Shown here piece by piece: positions 1-8,318 of a DNA stretch of 64,000 nt (position 1 is the stretch's first letter; every line of letters begins with the position of its first letter). The notes under the pieces are model-generated. The model saw nothing but the letters and a program-made list of their open reading frames with translations, was not told where the DNA came from and did no database searches. The position numbers and the translations under genes are program-made. The stretch spans positions 95,168-159,167 of the forward strand of contig CAZAOV010000001.1 in the NCBI GenBank assembly GCA_964486995.1, in the 5' to 3' direction. This DNA comes from an uncultured Gammaproteobacteria bacterium (GTDB taxonomy: Bacteria > Patescibacteriota > Patescibacteriia > SG8-24).

Positions 1-8
1 GAAAACAT

Positions 9-1256
9 ATGGGCAAAGGAGATAGTCAGCCTGGTTTCAATCCGGAAAGCTGGTTCGAGAATATTGAGGATGAAAAAGGCAAACCAATTAACCTCGAAGA
101 GTTTAAAGACAGGGGCAGTAAGCCGATCGAAGAGGGAGAAATTAAAGACGAGCGAACCCTGAAGGAGAGAGCCGAAATGCTTAAGCGCGCCGCCGAAGAG
201 CCGAAAATCACGATAATCGATGCGGTTGACGGGGAAGACAGTGAAACCATCATCGACCTCGACTTGAGTGACCGGAAAACCAGCCAAAAAAATATTGAAG
301 CGTTTGACGCGGCGAAAAAACTTGCGGAAAAAGAAGATCGCGAAAAACTTTCGGCTGAAGATGGCGTGATGCTCGATGCTGAACAGGAGGTACTGCTCCA
401 AGGAATTGTGGGCGAGCTGGCGGAAAAGGATAGCGTAAAAGAAATATTGATGCGCGAGGGAATTGCGGCGGGCGAAGATGAGCAAGCGCTGGAGAGCGGA
501 GTGGTAACCATGGTCGATAAGCTGATGACTCAGCCACAGATCCGGGAGCATCTGAAAAACCAGCTCAAGAATCAGCCAGACCAGATTTCTGCGATTGCCA
601 GTCTGAAACGCATTATCGAATCCACGATTTGGAATGCGGACCGCGAGACCAGAAAACAGCATGGAGAGATGCCGGTCACGAGCAATGAATCGACCCGGAA
701 AGAAATCGACCCGGCAATCAAGCAAGAGACCGAGAAAAGCTGGTCTCAATTGTCGAAAAAATTTTCCGCTGACAGCGAGTCCGTAACCATGCGGGAGAAA
801 AAGGCAGTAGTTCAGAAAATGATTCGCGGGTTAACCAGCGACCACCGGATTTCTGCGCTGGTGTTGACCGAGGGTCAGAACAACCAGTCGGAGGGACGAA
901 AACCCATTGTCGAACGGGGCATCGATGCGCTGGCTGAACGGATGACCACCGACCTGTCGGCGCAGATAAATTTTGAATTACAGTCGGCGCGCAAGCCGGA
1001 GGAATCGCTAAAGATTATCGAACGGCGTATTCTAAAAGAAGTCGAAAAAATTAAAGATTCAGCTAAGCAGAAAGAGCTCTATAAGGCCAAGTCCATCGAT
1101 TCGGGTGTGCCAACTTGGGAGAGCAGGCCGAGATTTGGCGAGGCACGAAAGGCGGCGAAAGCCAAACGGACGGCCGAGGAAAAACGTCAGGCCGAATCTA
1201 AGTTGGGTCCGCTAAAAAAGTTTGGTAAGTGGTTTGGTGGTCTGTTTGATAGATAA
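9..1256 (+). CDS. Hypothetical highly charged (E/K/D-rich) protein. The ORF is open to the window edge, so the true start may lie upstream. C-terminus is an amphipathic 'KKFGKWFGGLFDR' tail.
   Basis: Long ORF with compositional bias and no recognisable catalytic motif. A terminator hairpin follows at 1351-1386. Confidence 0.45.
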   Translation: MGKGDSQPGFNPESWFENIEDEKGKPINLEEFKDRGSKPIEEGEIKDERTLKERAEMLKRAAEEPKITIIDAVDGEDSETIIDLDLSDRKTSQKNIEAFDAAKKLAEKEDREKLSAEDGVMLDAEQEVLLQGIVGELAEKDSVKEILMREGIAAGEDEQALESGVVTMVDKLMTQPQIREHLKNQLKNQPDQISAIASLKRIIESTIWNADRETRKQHGEMPVTSNESTRKEIDPAIKQETEKSWSQLSKKFSADSESVTMREKKAVVQKMIRGLTSDHRISALVLTEGQNNQSEGRKPIVERGIDALAERMTTDLSAQINFELQSARKPEESLKIIERRILKEVEKIKDSAKQKELYKAKSIDSGVPTWESRPRFGEARKAAKAKRTAEEKRQAESKLGPLKKFGKWFGGLFDR

Positions 1257-1350
1257 CGTTAACGGCTGCCGCCCTTCCTGGCGGGGCGGTATCGTGTGCG
1301 GCGCGACATTCAAACGCATATTATATCTACGACAAAGATTTATTACGATA

Positions 1351-1386
1351 AAAAATGCCGCCCCAGCTAGCGGGGCGGCTTTATTG
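1351..1386. terminator. Bidirectional rho-independent terminator (GCCGCCCC-agctagc-GGGGCGGC, A-run 5' and TTTATT 3').
   Basis: Perfect 8-bp GC stem flanked by AAAAAAT and TTTATT. It lies between the convergent ORFs 9-1256 (+) and 1390-1800 (-). Confidence 0.7.
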
Positions 1387-1389
1387 TCG

Positions 1390-1800
1390 TTAACTGCAGC
1401 TTGCCTTAGCGATTTGCCCGACCTCATGCAGATGCAGCGCGACGAAGCGCGCCACAATCATCTGCACGGCCGGATAAATCCGGTTATCATTCTCTTCGTC
1501 GCGCAACAGCGCACGAAGAGGGCCGGCAATGCCGGGTGGCATGAGCGCAATCATGGTAAGTTGCTCTTCAATCGCCTGCAGGTTGGCCAGCGTCAGATCC
1601 TTAACGACCTCGACTGACTGCTCGTAACTGAGGGCGACATCGGCTCTGATCGCATGCAGCATTTCAGCGATGACGCACTCGCACTCATTGGCTACCAGCG
1701 GATGTATCCCGAGCAATGCATTGGTCAATACAAGATAAGCCGAACAGTCGAGCGTCCGCTGGTCGATGAAGCGCCGCATCTCTCGTATGTCCCCGTTCAT
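1390..1800 (-). CDS. Hypothetical 136-aa protein.
   Basis: ORF with a good RBS (AAAGGAGtgttccgATG) and a terminator directly downstream. No recognisable motifs. Confidence 0.5.
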   Translation of the reverse strand: MNGDIREMRRFIDQRTLDCSAYLVLTNALLGIHPLVANECECVIAEMLHAIRADVALSYEQSVEVVKDLTLANLQAIEEQLTMIALMPPGIAGPLRALLRDEENDNRIYPAVQMIVARFVALHLHEVGQIAKASCS

Positions 1801-2021
1801 CGGAACACTCCTTTCATTTTCTGTAAGCTAATGTCCAGAGAAATACCTATTAATCTAGCAGAAAACTAGTTGGTTGTCAAGGGTGGATGAAGCGGAGTTC
1901 AGGGTGCAGGGCCTTGATTCACACGCCTGCGCGGTTGCGGCTGTCTCGATTTGTTTAGTTGTTTGGTCTTTAATTTTTTTAGTGGCGTACCAGAAGGGAA
2001 AGCTCGGGCCGCGGGCGCACA

Positions 2022-2078
2022 AAAAGAAACATGACCACTTTTTGGGCCGGGCCCAAAAAGTGGTCATGTTTCTGCGGC
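2022..2078 (-). terminator. Long perfect palindrome (~22-bp arms, GAAACATGACCACTTTTTGGGCC|GGCCCAAAAAGTGGTCATGTTTC). On the minus strand it is followed by CTTTTTGTG. Probable terminator of the 2879-5914 and 2303-2686 transcription unit.
   Basis: Inverted repeat read directly. A T-run follows only on the minus strand. Confidence 0.55.
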
Positions 2079-2302
2079 TAGGATAGCGAGCCTCGGCAGA
2101 AAAAAAGGAGGGGGGGATCAGGAAGCCCGAGCCGGGGGCGGGGGCGTGCCGGCCAGATAAGGAAAGCTTGCGATTGAGCTGCTCAGTTGCCGGGTTCTCG
2201 CTCTAAAACCCATTAAACAACTAAGTGACTAAAAATATCCAAGGTCAAAAACCAATACAAAAAACCGTCGACAATTAGCCAACGGCTTTAGAGCCTAACG
2301 CG

Positions 2303-2686
2303 CTACGGAGCGCACTTCTCGTACAAACAAGCCAGTACAGCAATCAACTCCACCGACTCCATCCGAACCACGTCACCATCCCAGAAACAGGATCCGATCC
2401 GCATCCACGAATCAAACACATCAGCATGCCGAGCAGAAAACACTTCGATAATCTGCACGCATGCTTTCTCATTCGATGTCGCCGCCATCACCGCACCAAC
2501 CCCTGTCTGGTCCAGGTCCATGTTGAACCGGAACGTCATAGATATGATTTCCGACAGACATCTAGTCCGTTCCATCACTCCGACTCCCTGCTTGGACACG
2601 AGCGACGACAGAAACTTCCGCACCGGTTCTGACACGATTTTTTCCCCGCTTCCGAACGGAACCCTGTTCACAAAATCCAAAATCAT
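2303..2686 (-). CDS. Hypothetical 127-aa protein, co-directional and just downstream of the tandem GGDEF-like gene.
   Basis: ORF only. No recognisable motifs. Confidence 0.4.
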   Translation of the reverse strand: MILDFVNRVPFGSGEKIVSEPVRKFLSSLVSKQGVGVMERTRCLSEIISMTFRFNMDLDQTGVGAVMAATSNEKACVQIIEVFSARHADVFDSWMRIGSCFWDGDVVRMESVELIAVLACLYEKCAP

Positions 2687-2878
2687 GTTTAACTCCTACT
2701 CAAAATTTGAACTTTTAACTTTTGAGAGCGCTAAGGGTAAAAATGAACCGCTAAATATATCACAAAAGAATCTCTCTGTCAATCCCGTTAGCTATTTTCG
2801 AATCGTGAGCACTTGACTCTACTCCGATGAACTCACAAATAATATTGTCGATGAAATAGAGCCTCCTTAAGCTAAGTA

Positions 2879-5800
2879 TTATTCCGAACCTTCCTCAATT
2901 AAATTGCTCACTAGGCGTTTCAAGGAATCTAATGCCAGTACCGACATGTCTGTCTCCTGATCCGCATGCTTGGCATCCACCCCAATTCCGCCCACTCCGA
3001 CCGCTAAATCACGAAGCAGTCGGTCCTGACGACCTAATTTTTCATTTAACTCATTGATGGAGCGCTCTAAATTTCTGGCTTCCTCGGTACGCTTGAGCAC
3101 CTTGGAGTAGACCGAATCTTCGGATTTTGCAGATGACGCTAACTGGCGTTTGAACTCTTTCTTGTCGTCGTCCGCCCGCTTGTCTGATATGTCCCACAAA
3201 CCGCCCACGATCTTGGCGTACATTTGTTCCGCGTAGTTTTCATTGCCGGTGAGACGCTTCCTTTCACGACGATCAATAATAGCCTGTCGCATACCCTCGC
3301 CGAGTGTCGCCACAGCTGCAGATGCCGAAGCGCGCATCTTGAAATCGTCCGAAACATCATCTAAGCCAGCTCGTTTTGCTACTTCTGGGTCAGAAAAATC
3401 CACCAAATCCGACACGTCCAGTTTAGCTATTTCATTTCGATAGGCGTTCAAAACGTTCTCAAGCGACTCCGCTTCAAGTGGCCGGTCGGATTTGACCATT
3501 ATGCTGTATTCGTCTCCCCCGCCAAGCAGCGGCAACACTTCTGTCGCGCCCATTTCACGCAACAGCGTAGCTGCTTCTGTATTTGGGTCACGAAACACCT
3601 CGGCCAATCGCTTAAGATATTCATCACCCTTGGCGTGCGAGCCGGATAAATCATTGACCGCCTTCAGCCCGTTGGCGTCAAACGAAAACCGTGCGACCTT
3701 ATCCATTTCTTCAGGCGATACCTGACCCTGCTCGTACATCTCCTTAACCCAGTCGATAGTCTTTAGCTTGCCGTATGCGTCCTTCATCATGAGCTCCTCC
3801 TGTCCGTCCTCAGCTTCAAAAGTGAATCGACTGTCCGCATACGCCAGGTCAAATATCTGCAGTTCTCGCTCGATGAAACTGTCGCGCTTAGTGAACAAGT
3901 CATCCAATTCCGCTTCAAGCTGCATAATCTTCTGCACCTGCTCTTGGTTCGGCTCACCCTCAATGCTGTCCATCAGTTCAACAAACTCTAGCTGACGGCC
4001 GTTTATTAGCGCATCGACATGCTCAACCACATTTCCGAGCCGTTTGACCGCCTCTTGCCGATGCTTCTCCGGTAGGCGCGCCAATCTTTCCTCAAGTTCG
4101 GAATTTGTGTCGGCACGCGACAAGTCCAACCCCGTTTTCTCCGCCCTGTCGCTTACCTTACTAATTACCTCTTTCATCTGGACGGTGCTGAAATCGGCTC
4201 TCTCTTTCCGCAAAGTCTGCTCGGTCAACGAACCTGTTTCGTCGGATTCCCCCTGCCCCTCTTCACTAGCAGTCATCCGTTCCTGAAGCATACTCTTTCG
4301 CTCCATACCCAACGCCTCCAGTCGGGCATATATCTGCTGAATCAACAGTTGAGGGGTCAAATCATCTCGGTTTAGCAGTTCATCACGAATGTTTCTTTTG
4401 ACTTCCTCGATTTTAGCCAATTCATCCGCTAGCATTTTTTCGTGCTTCTCCAGTTGCCGTGCTTCCTCGGTACGTTTCATTACCTTGGAATAAAATTGCT
4501 CCAATTCGGTGCCGTTCTTCAGGTCTTCCTTGTAGCGTCCTTTATTGAACTCGGCCCACTCGTCGGATGCGTCCCACAAGCCACCCATTATCTTTGCCAG
4601 CATGGAATTTTCTTCTGACTCGTCGCCGGTTAGTCTTTTTTCCGAACGGCTATCGTTTAAGGCCGTGGCCATACCTTCTTCCAGCGTGGCCACACCACCA
4701 GCTGCGGATGCCCACATCTTAAAATCCTCGGGAATAGTTTCGTCGGCCTGTTTCAGCACCTCTGCTCGCTGACTCTCGTCCATGGCGTCAAACTCACTCC
4801 TAGTGAGACCCATGAAACGCAACCGCACCTCGAAATCATTTTGCAGATCAATTAGGTTTTCTATGCCCTCAATGGCTTCGATTTCTTTTTCGAACTTCTC
4901 GACAACTTCGTTAAGCTCTCGCTGATCCAGTTCTTTGTCCGAACGCACCAGCACGCTGTACTCATCACCACCGCCCAACAGCGGCAGGTAGTTTTCTTCG
5001 GCCACGCCCATCTCTTCTAGCATCTGACGTGCTCGACTGTCTTTATTGCGAAAAACAGCGGCCACTTTTTTCAGATACTCATCACCCTTGTCGTGCGAAC
5101 CAGACAAGTCGTTGACCGCCTTCAAACCATTGGCGTCAAACGAAAGCCGGGCCACTTTCCGTAAATCCGACGCATCCATCTGCCCGTCCTGAAAAAATTC
5201 CTTGAGCCATTCCATGGTGCGCAGCTTGCCGAACACGTCTTTCATCATGTGCTCACTGCGACCGTCCGCCGTTTCGAACATGAATCGCTTATCTTCGAAC
5301 AGCTCCCGATGACGAGCGGCATATTCCTTGGTCAGCTCCTCCATCTGGTCGAACGCCCGAACATCTTTGATCATTTCTATGTAGTCCAAAACATCACGTA
5401 TCGATCGCTCCGACAAATCACTAAAAGGCTCGGCCAAATCGCCGACATACTGATCAAAAACTTTCTGTTTCTCTTCTTCGTCTAGGGCTTCGTACTCTTT
5501 CCTGAACTTCGCCTTGATTTCTTTGAGCGCATCGGACGATGCATACAGTTCCGAAGCGGTCATGGCCGTATCTTGAACCAGTTGTTCTAATATCATTTTC
5601 CTATCCTGGTCCGAAACGTCGGCTAACAACTCGCTGATTTCGGATTTGGCATCAATAATTCCGGTAGCCTTTGAGGCAACTGATGACTGTCCGGTTTCCG
5701 ACGGCATATCGACCGCACCGTCAAAATTCTCCCCCACCAACTGCTCAACCAACGCCTTTTTGTGAGCATCAACCCGACGATCGTTGATGTAATCTATTAT

Positions 5801-5914
5801 TTCCTCGACGGTTTTTGGCGCCTGTTCATGACCGAAATCGCTGGTCAGATTAGCTTCTTGCCTTTCTTTTGGCAGTTCAGCCATATATTTATCGTAGTGA
5901 GAAAATATTTCCAA
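2879..5914 (-). CDS. 1011-aa soluble protein with two tandem diverged GGDEF-like (class III nucleotidyl-cyclase palm) modules. Each module carries 'FDANGLKAVNDLSGSH(A/D)KGDEYL' and 'LPLLGGGDEYS', separated by coiled-coil-like charged segments. Putative (di)nucleotide cyclase.
   Basis: 'DANGLKAVND' aligns to GGDEF 'DxDxFKxxND', 'GSHxKGDEYL' to 'GHxxGDxxL', and 'GGGDEYS' to 'GGDEF'. The motif set occurs twice (around aa 255-330 and 740-815). No TM segment or signal peptide. Confidence 0.6.
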   Translation of the reverse strand: MEIFSHYDKYMAELPKERQEANLTSDFGHEQAPKTVEEIIDYINDRRVDAHKKALVEQLVGENFDGAVDMPSETGQSSVASKATGIIDAKSEISELLADVSDQDRKMILEQLVQDTAMTASELYASSDALKEIKAKFRKEYEALDEEEKQKVFDQYVGDLAEPFSDLSERSIRDVLDYIEMIKDVRAFDQMEELTKEYAARHRELFEDKRFMFETADGRSEHMMKDVFGKLRTMEWLKEFFQDGQMDASDLRKVARLSFDANGLKAVNDLSGSHDKGDEYLKKVAAVFRNKDSRARQMLEEMGVAEENYLPLLGGGDEYSVLVRSDKELDQRELNEVVEKFEKEIEAIEGIENLIDLQNDFEVRLRFMGLTRSEFDAMDESQRAEVLKQADETIPEDFKMWASAAGGVATLEEGMATALNDSRSEKRLTGDESEENSMLAKIMGGLWDASDEWAEFNKGRYKEDLKNGTELEQFYSKVMKRTEEARQLEKHEKMLADELAKIEEVKRNIRDELLNRDDLTPQLLIQQIYARLEALGMERKSMLQERMTASEEGQGESDETGSLTEQTLRKERADFSTVQMKEVISKVSDRAEKTGLDLSRADTNSELEERLARLPEKHRQEAVKRLGNVVEHVDALINGRQLEFVELMDSIEGEPNQEQVQKIMQLEAELDDLFTKRDSFIERELQIFDLAYADSRFTFEAEDGQEELMMKDAYGKLKTIDWVKEMYEQGQVSPEEMDKVARFSFDANGLKAVNDLSGSHAKGDEYLKRLAEVFRDPNTEAATLLREMGATEVLPLLGGGDEYSIMVKSDRPLEAESLENVLNAYRNEIAKLDVSDLVDFSDPEVAKRAGLDDVSDDFKMRASASAAVATLGEGMRQAIIDRRERKRLTGNENYAEQMYAKIVGGLWDISDKRADDDKKEFKRQLASSAKSEDSVYSKVLKRTEEARNLERSINELNEKLGRQDRLLRDLAVGVGGIGVDAKHADQETDMSVLALDSLKRLVSNLIEEGSE

Positions 5915-6074
5915 ATTTAGTGAAAAAATCGCTCTCGCGCTAATTGGGCTCGTTATAGTTAAATTTTAGCATATTTTAGCAAAAAAATCGAGAACGCATA
6001 GCACCCCCGTCCCGAATAGGGCCCGACGAAGTCTTGAAGCCCCACTAAAAAAGCTAAAATTAGCTCTTTTTATG

Positions 6075-7133
6075 TTACCCTGTATTTCCAACAATCAATT
6101 CATAAACCCTAAGCGCAGCATCCGAATCATTAATCCGGCTCATCGCAACGGACAACTGCCGTAACTCGTATGGATTTTGCAGTAAATAATTCACCCGCTC
6201 AGCCAACTTGTCCCCGCTACCGGACTCTTCAAACAGCACCGCGCCGCCGTGTTCAACATAGTATCGCGCATTTTCTTCCTGGTGCGAGTTCTGGATTGGC
6301 ACCACAACAGCTGGCAACCCCAGCGCCGCCAACTCGGTCAGAGTGCCCATCCCGGCCCGCGTCACCACCAATCGAGCCGCCGCATAAGCATCGGCAATCT
6401 CCTCGGACAAAAACTCAACCTGATGATAAGTATTGGGCGCGTTATGGGTCGGATAGCTTTTTCCGCGACCGACCACATGAATTATCTGCACACCGTCAAG
6501 CGCCGGCAATGCGGCCATCACCAGTCGATTCAAGTTCACCGCACCGGTCCCGCCGCCGATGACCAGCACAATCGGCAGTTCCTCACGAAGCCTAAAACGA
6601 CGCCGCGCCTTCTCGGCGGAACCGCTGAACAAAAATCGACGAATCGGATTTCCGGTAACCGTAATTTTTTTGCCGCCAAAATCTTCCCGTGACTTGGCAA
6701 AGGTCGCCGAAACGCTCTTGGCGAACGGCACCGACAGCCTGTTCGCCAGACCTGGCCGCCAATCCATCTGATGAATATGCGCCGGAATCCGCAGTAGCCA
6801 AGCCGCCCAAACAACCGGCACCGCCACGAACCCACCGGCGCTAACCACCGCATCTGGGCGGAAGAGCCTCAGCTGCGACCACGCATCATACAAACCCTTC
6901 AGAACCAAAAATGGCGTAGCCAAATTTCTCAGGGTCAAAAATCGCCGCAATCTGCCGGAAGTAATGCCGACATATTTAATATCCGCAGCTTCGACCATCT
7001 TTCGTTCCGGTCCGGTTTTAGTGCCAAGCCAAAGCAATTCGTGATTGGAATTTTTTTCTTGAGCCACTTCGGCCACGGCCAGCAGCGGTGTCACCGAACC
7101 CAGTGTGCCTCCGCCGGAAAATACTATCTTCAT
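6075..7133 (-). CDS. murG: MurG, UDP-GlcNAc:lipid I N-acetylglucosaminyltransferase.
   Basis: N-terminal 'KIVFSGGGTLGSVTP', GT28 architecture, and a 4-nt overlap with the upstream ftsW gene (dcw synteny). Confidence 0.9.
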   Translation of the reverse strand: MKIVFSGGGTLGSVTPLLAVAEVAQEKNSNHELLWLGTKTGPERKMVEAADIKYVGITSGRLRRFLTLRNLATPFLVLKGLYDAWSQLRLFRPDAVVSAGGFVAVPVVWAAWLLRIPAHIHQMDWRPGLANRLSVPFAKSVSATFAKSREDFGGKKITVTGNPIRRFLFSGSAEKARRRFRLREELPIVLVIGGGTGAVNLNRLVMAALPALDGVQIIHVVGRGKSYPTHNAPNTYHQVEFLSEEIADAYAAARLVVTRAGMGTLTELAALGLPAVVVPIQNSHQEENARYYVEHGGAVLFEESGSGDKLAERVNYLLQNPYELRQLSVAMSRINDSDAALRVYELIVGNTG

Positions 7134-8266
7134 ACTCGTCGTCTTAGCCGTTGCGGTTTATTGCTGGCTGCCTCGATGTGGCGGGTTATGTTTGCCACCA
7201 CTCCCATAGTGGCCAAAACCACCAGCAACGCCGTTCCGCCGTGGCTGATGAAAGGCAACGGCAACCCAGTCATCGGGAACAGTCCAATCATGGAACCAAC
7301 ATTCAGCAATATTTGCGACAAGAGCCAACCGGCCACACCAGCAACAAACAGCGCACTAAAGCCACAAGGAGCTTTTCTGGCCACAGTCAGTAACCGCAAA
7401 ATAAAAACGGCCATTAGCGCCAGCACCGCCATAGTCAGCACGAATCCCAACTCCTCGGCAATAATCGCGAATATCGAGTCGCCGACCACCTCGGGCAAAT
7501 ACATGTATTTCTGTCGCGAGTGTCCGAGCCCCAAACCAAACAATCCGCCCGAACCAATCGCCAAGAAGGACTGGTTGATATGATATCCAATCCCCTGCGG
7601 TTCCAACTCCGGATGAAGAAAGGTCATCAGTCTTGCCGCACGATATGGAGCGCTCTTAATCGACAGGTAAAGCGCCGCCGCACCGGCGGCTGACAGGCCG
7701 ACCAGATGCGCCCACGGTGCGCCGGCCAGAAAAAACACGATAACGGAAAGCGCAACAATCACCGACAGACTACCTAGGTCGGGCTGTAATATAACCAGCG
7801 ACGCGACCGAGCCCAGCGATAGAATAAATGGCCACAGCCCGAGTTTCGGATTCTGCAACTCATCACCGCTGAGGCGCGACAACCAATCGGCCAGAAACAC
7901 CAGCAGTGTGAACTTCACCACCTCGGCCGGCTGCAAAGAAAAACCACCGATGTTGATCCAGCTGCGTGATGTGCCCCATGTAGCACCCAAGCCCGGAACA
8001 AACACCAGAAGCAGCAAAACCAACGAGACAAAAAACATCGGTTTAGCCATCTTTCGCAAAAACCGATAGTCGATATGCGACAGCAGTAAAAACAGCACCA
8101 TGCCAGGCAACAAGCCGTAAAACAGCTGATGCTTGACGTACCAATACGAATCACCAAATTTTTCATACGCCACCGGTCCAGATGCGGAAGTGAGCATGAC
8201 TAAACCCAGCACCAGCAAAATGCCGAGCATCACAAGAAATCTCCTGTCTATCTGGGGCGTAATCAT
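7130..8266 (-). CDS. ftsW: FtsW/RodA (SEDS-family) lipid II polymerase/flippase.
   Basis: ~10-TM protein with SEDS-like motifs. Sits immediately upstream of murG. Confidence 0.85.
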   Translation of the reverse strand: MITPQIDRRFLVMLGILLVLGLVMLTSASGPVAYEKFGDSYWYVKHQLFYGLLPGMVLFLLLSHIDYRFLRKMAKPMFFVSLVLLLLVFVPGLGATWGTSRSWINIGGFSLQPAEVVKFTLLVFLADWLSRLSGDELQNPKLGLWPFILSLGSVASLVILQPDLGSLSVIVALSVIVFFLAGAPWAHLVGLSAAGAAALYLSIKSAPYRAARLMTFLHPELEPQGIGYHINQSFLAIGSGGLFGLGLGHSRQKYMYLPEVVGDSIFAIIAEELGFVLTMAVLALMAVFILRLLTVARKAPCGFSALFVAGVAGWLLSQILLNVGSMIGLFPMTGLPLPFISHGGTALLVVLATMGVVANITRHIEAASNKPQRLRRRV

Positions 8267-8318
8267 ATGTAAGCCATGACTAGCGGCTGACCGTTTCTTG
8301 GCTTAAGTACACGATACC

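Noticed and set aside
1262-1292. First GCCGCCC...GGGGCGG hairpin right after the 9-1256 stop.
   Set aside because: There is no T-run on either strand. The second, near-identical hairpin at 1351-1386 has the A/T flanks and is the likelier terminator. The first may be a duplicated stem or a regulatory structure.
3139-5485. Eight 65-80-aa ORFs antisense to or inside the GGDEF-like gene (e.g. 3243-3443, 3492-3725, 4044-4286, 5249-5485).
   Set aside because: They are Ser/Ala/Cys-rich translations typical of the opposite strand of a charged-protein gene. They lack RBSs and are embedded in a continuous 1011-aa ORF with clear domain structure.
2879-5914. Cas10-like type III CRISPR polymerase/cyclase, considered because of the tandem palm domains.
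   Set aside because: There is no HD nuclease motif and no Cys-rich zinc finger (the protein is almost Cys-free). The motif is GGDEF-like (GGDEY) rather than GGDD, and there is no CRISPR array or Cas/Csm/Cmr neighbour in the window.
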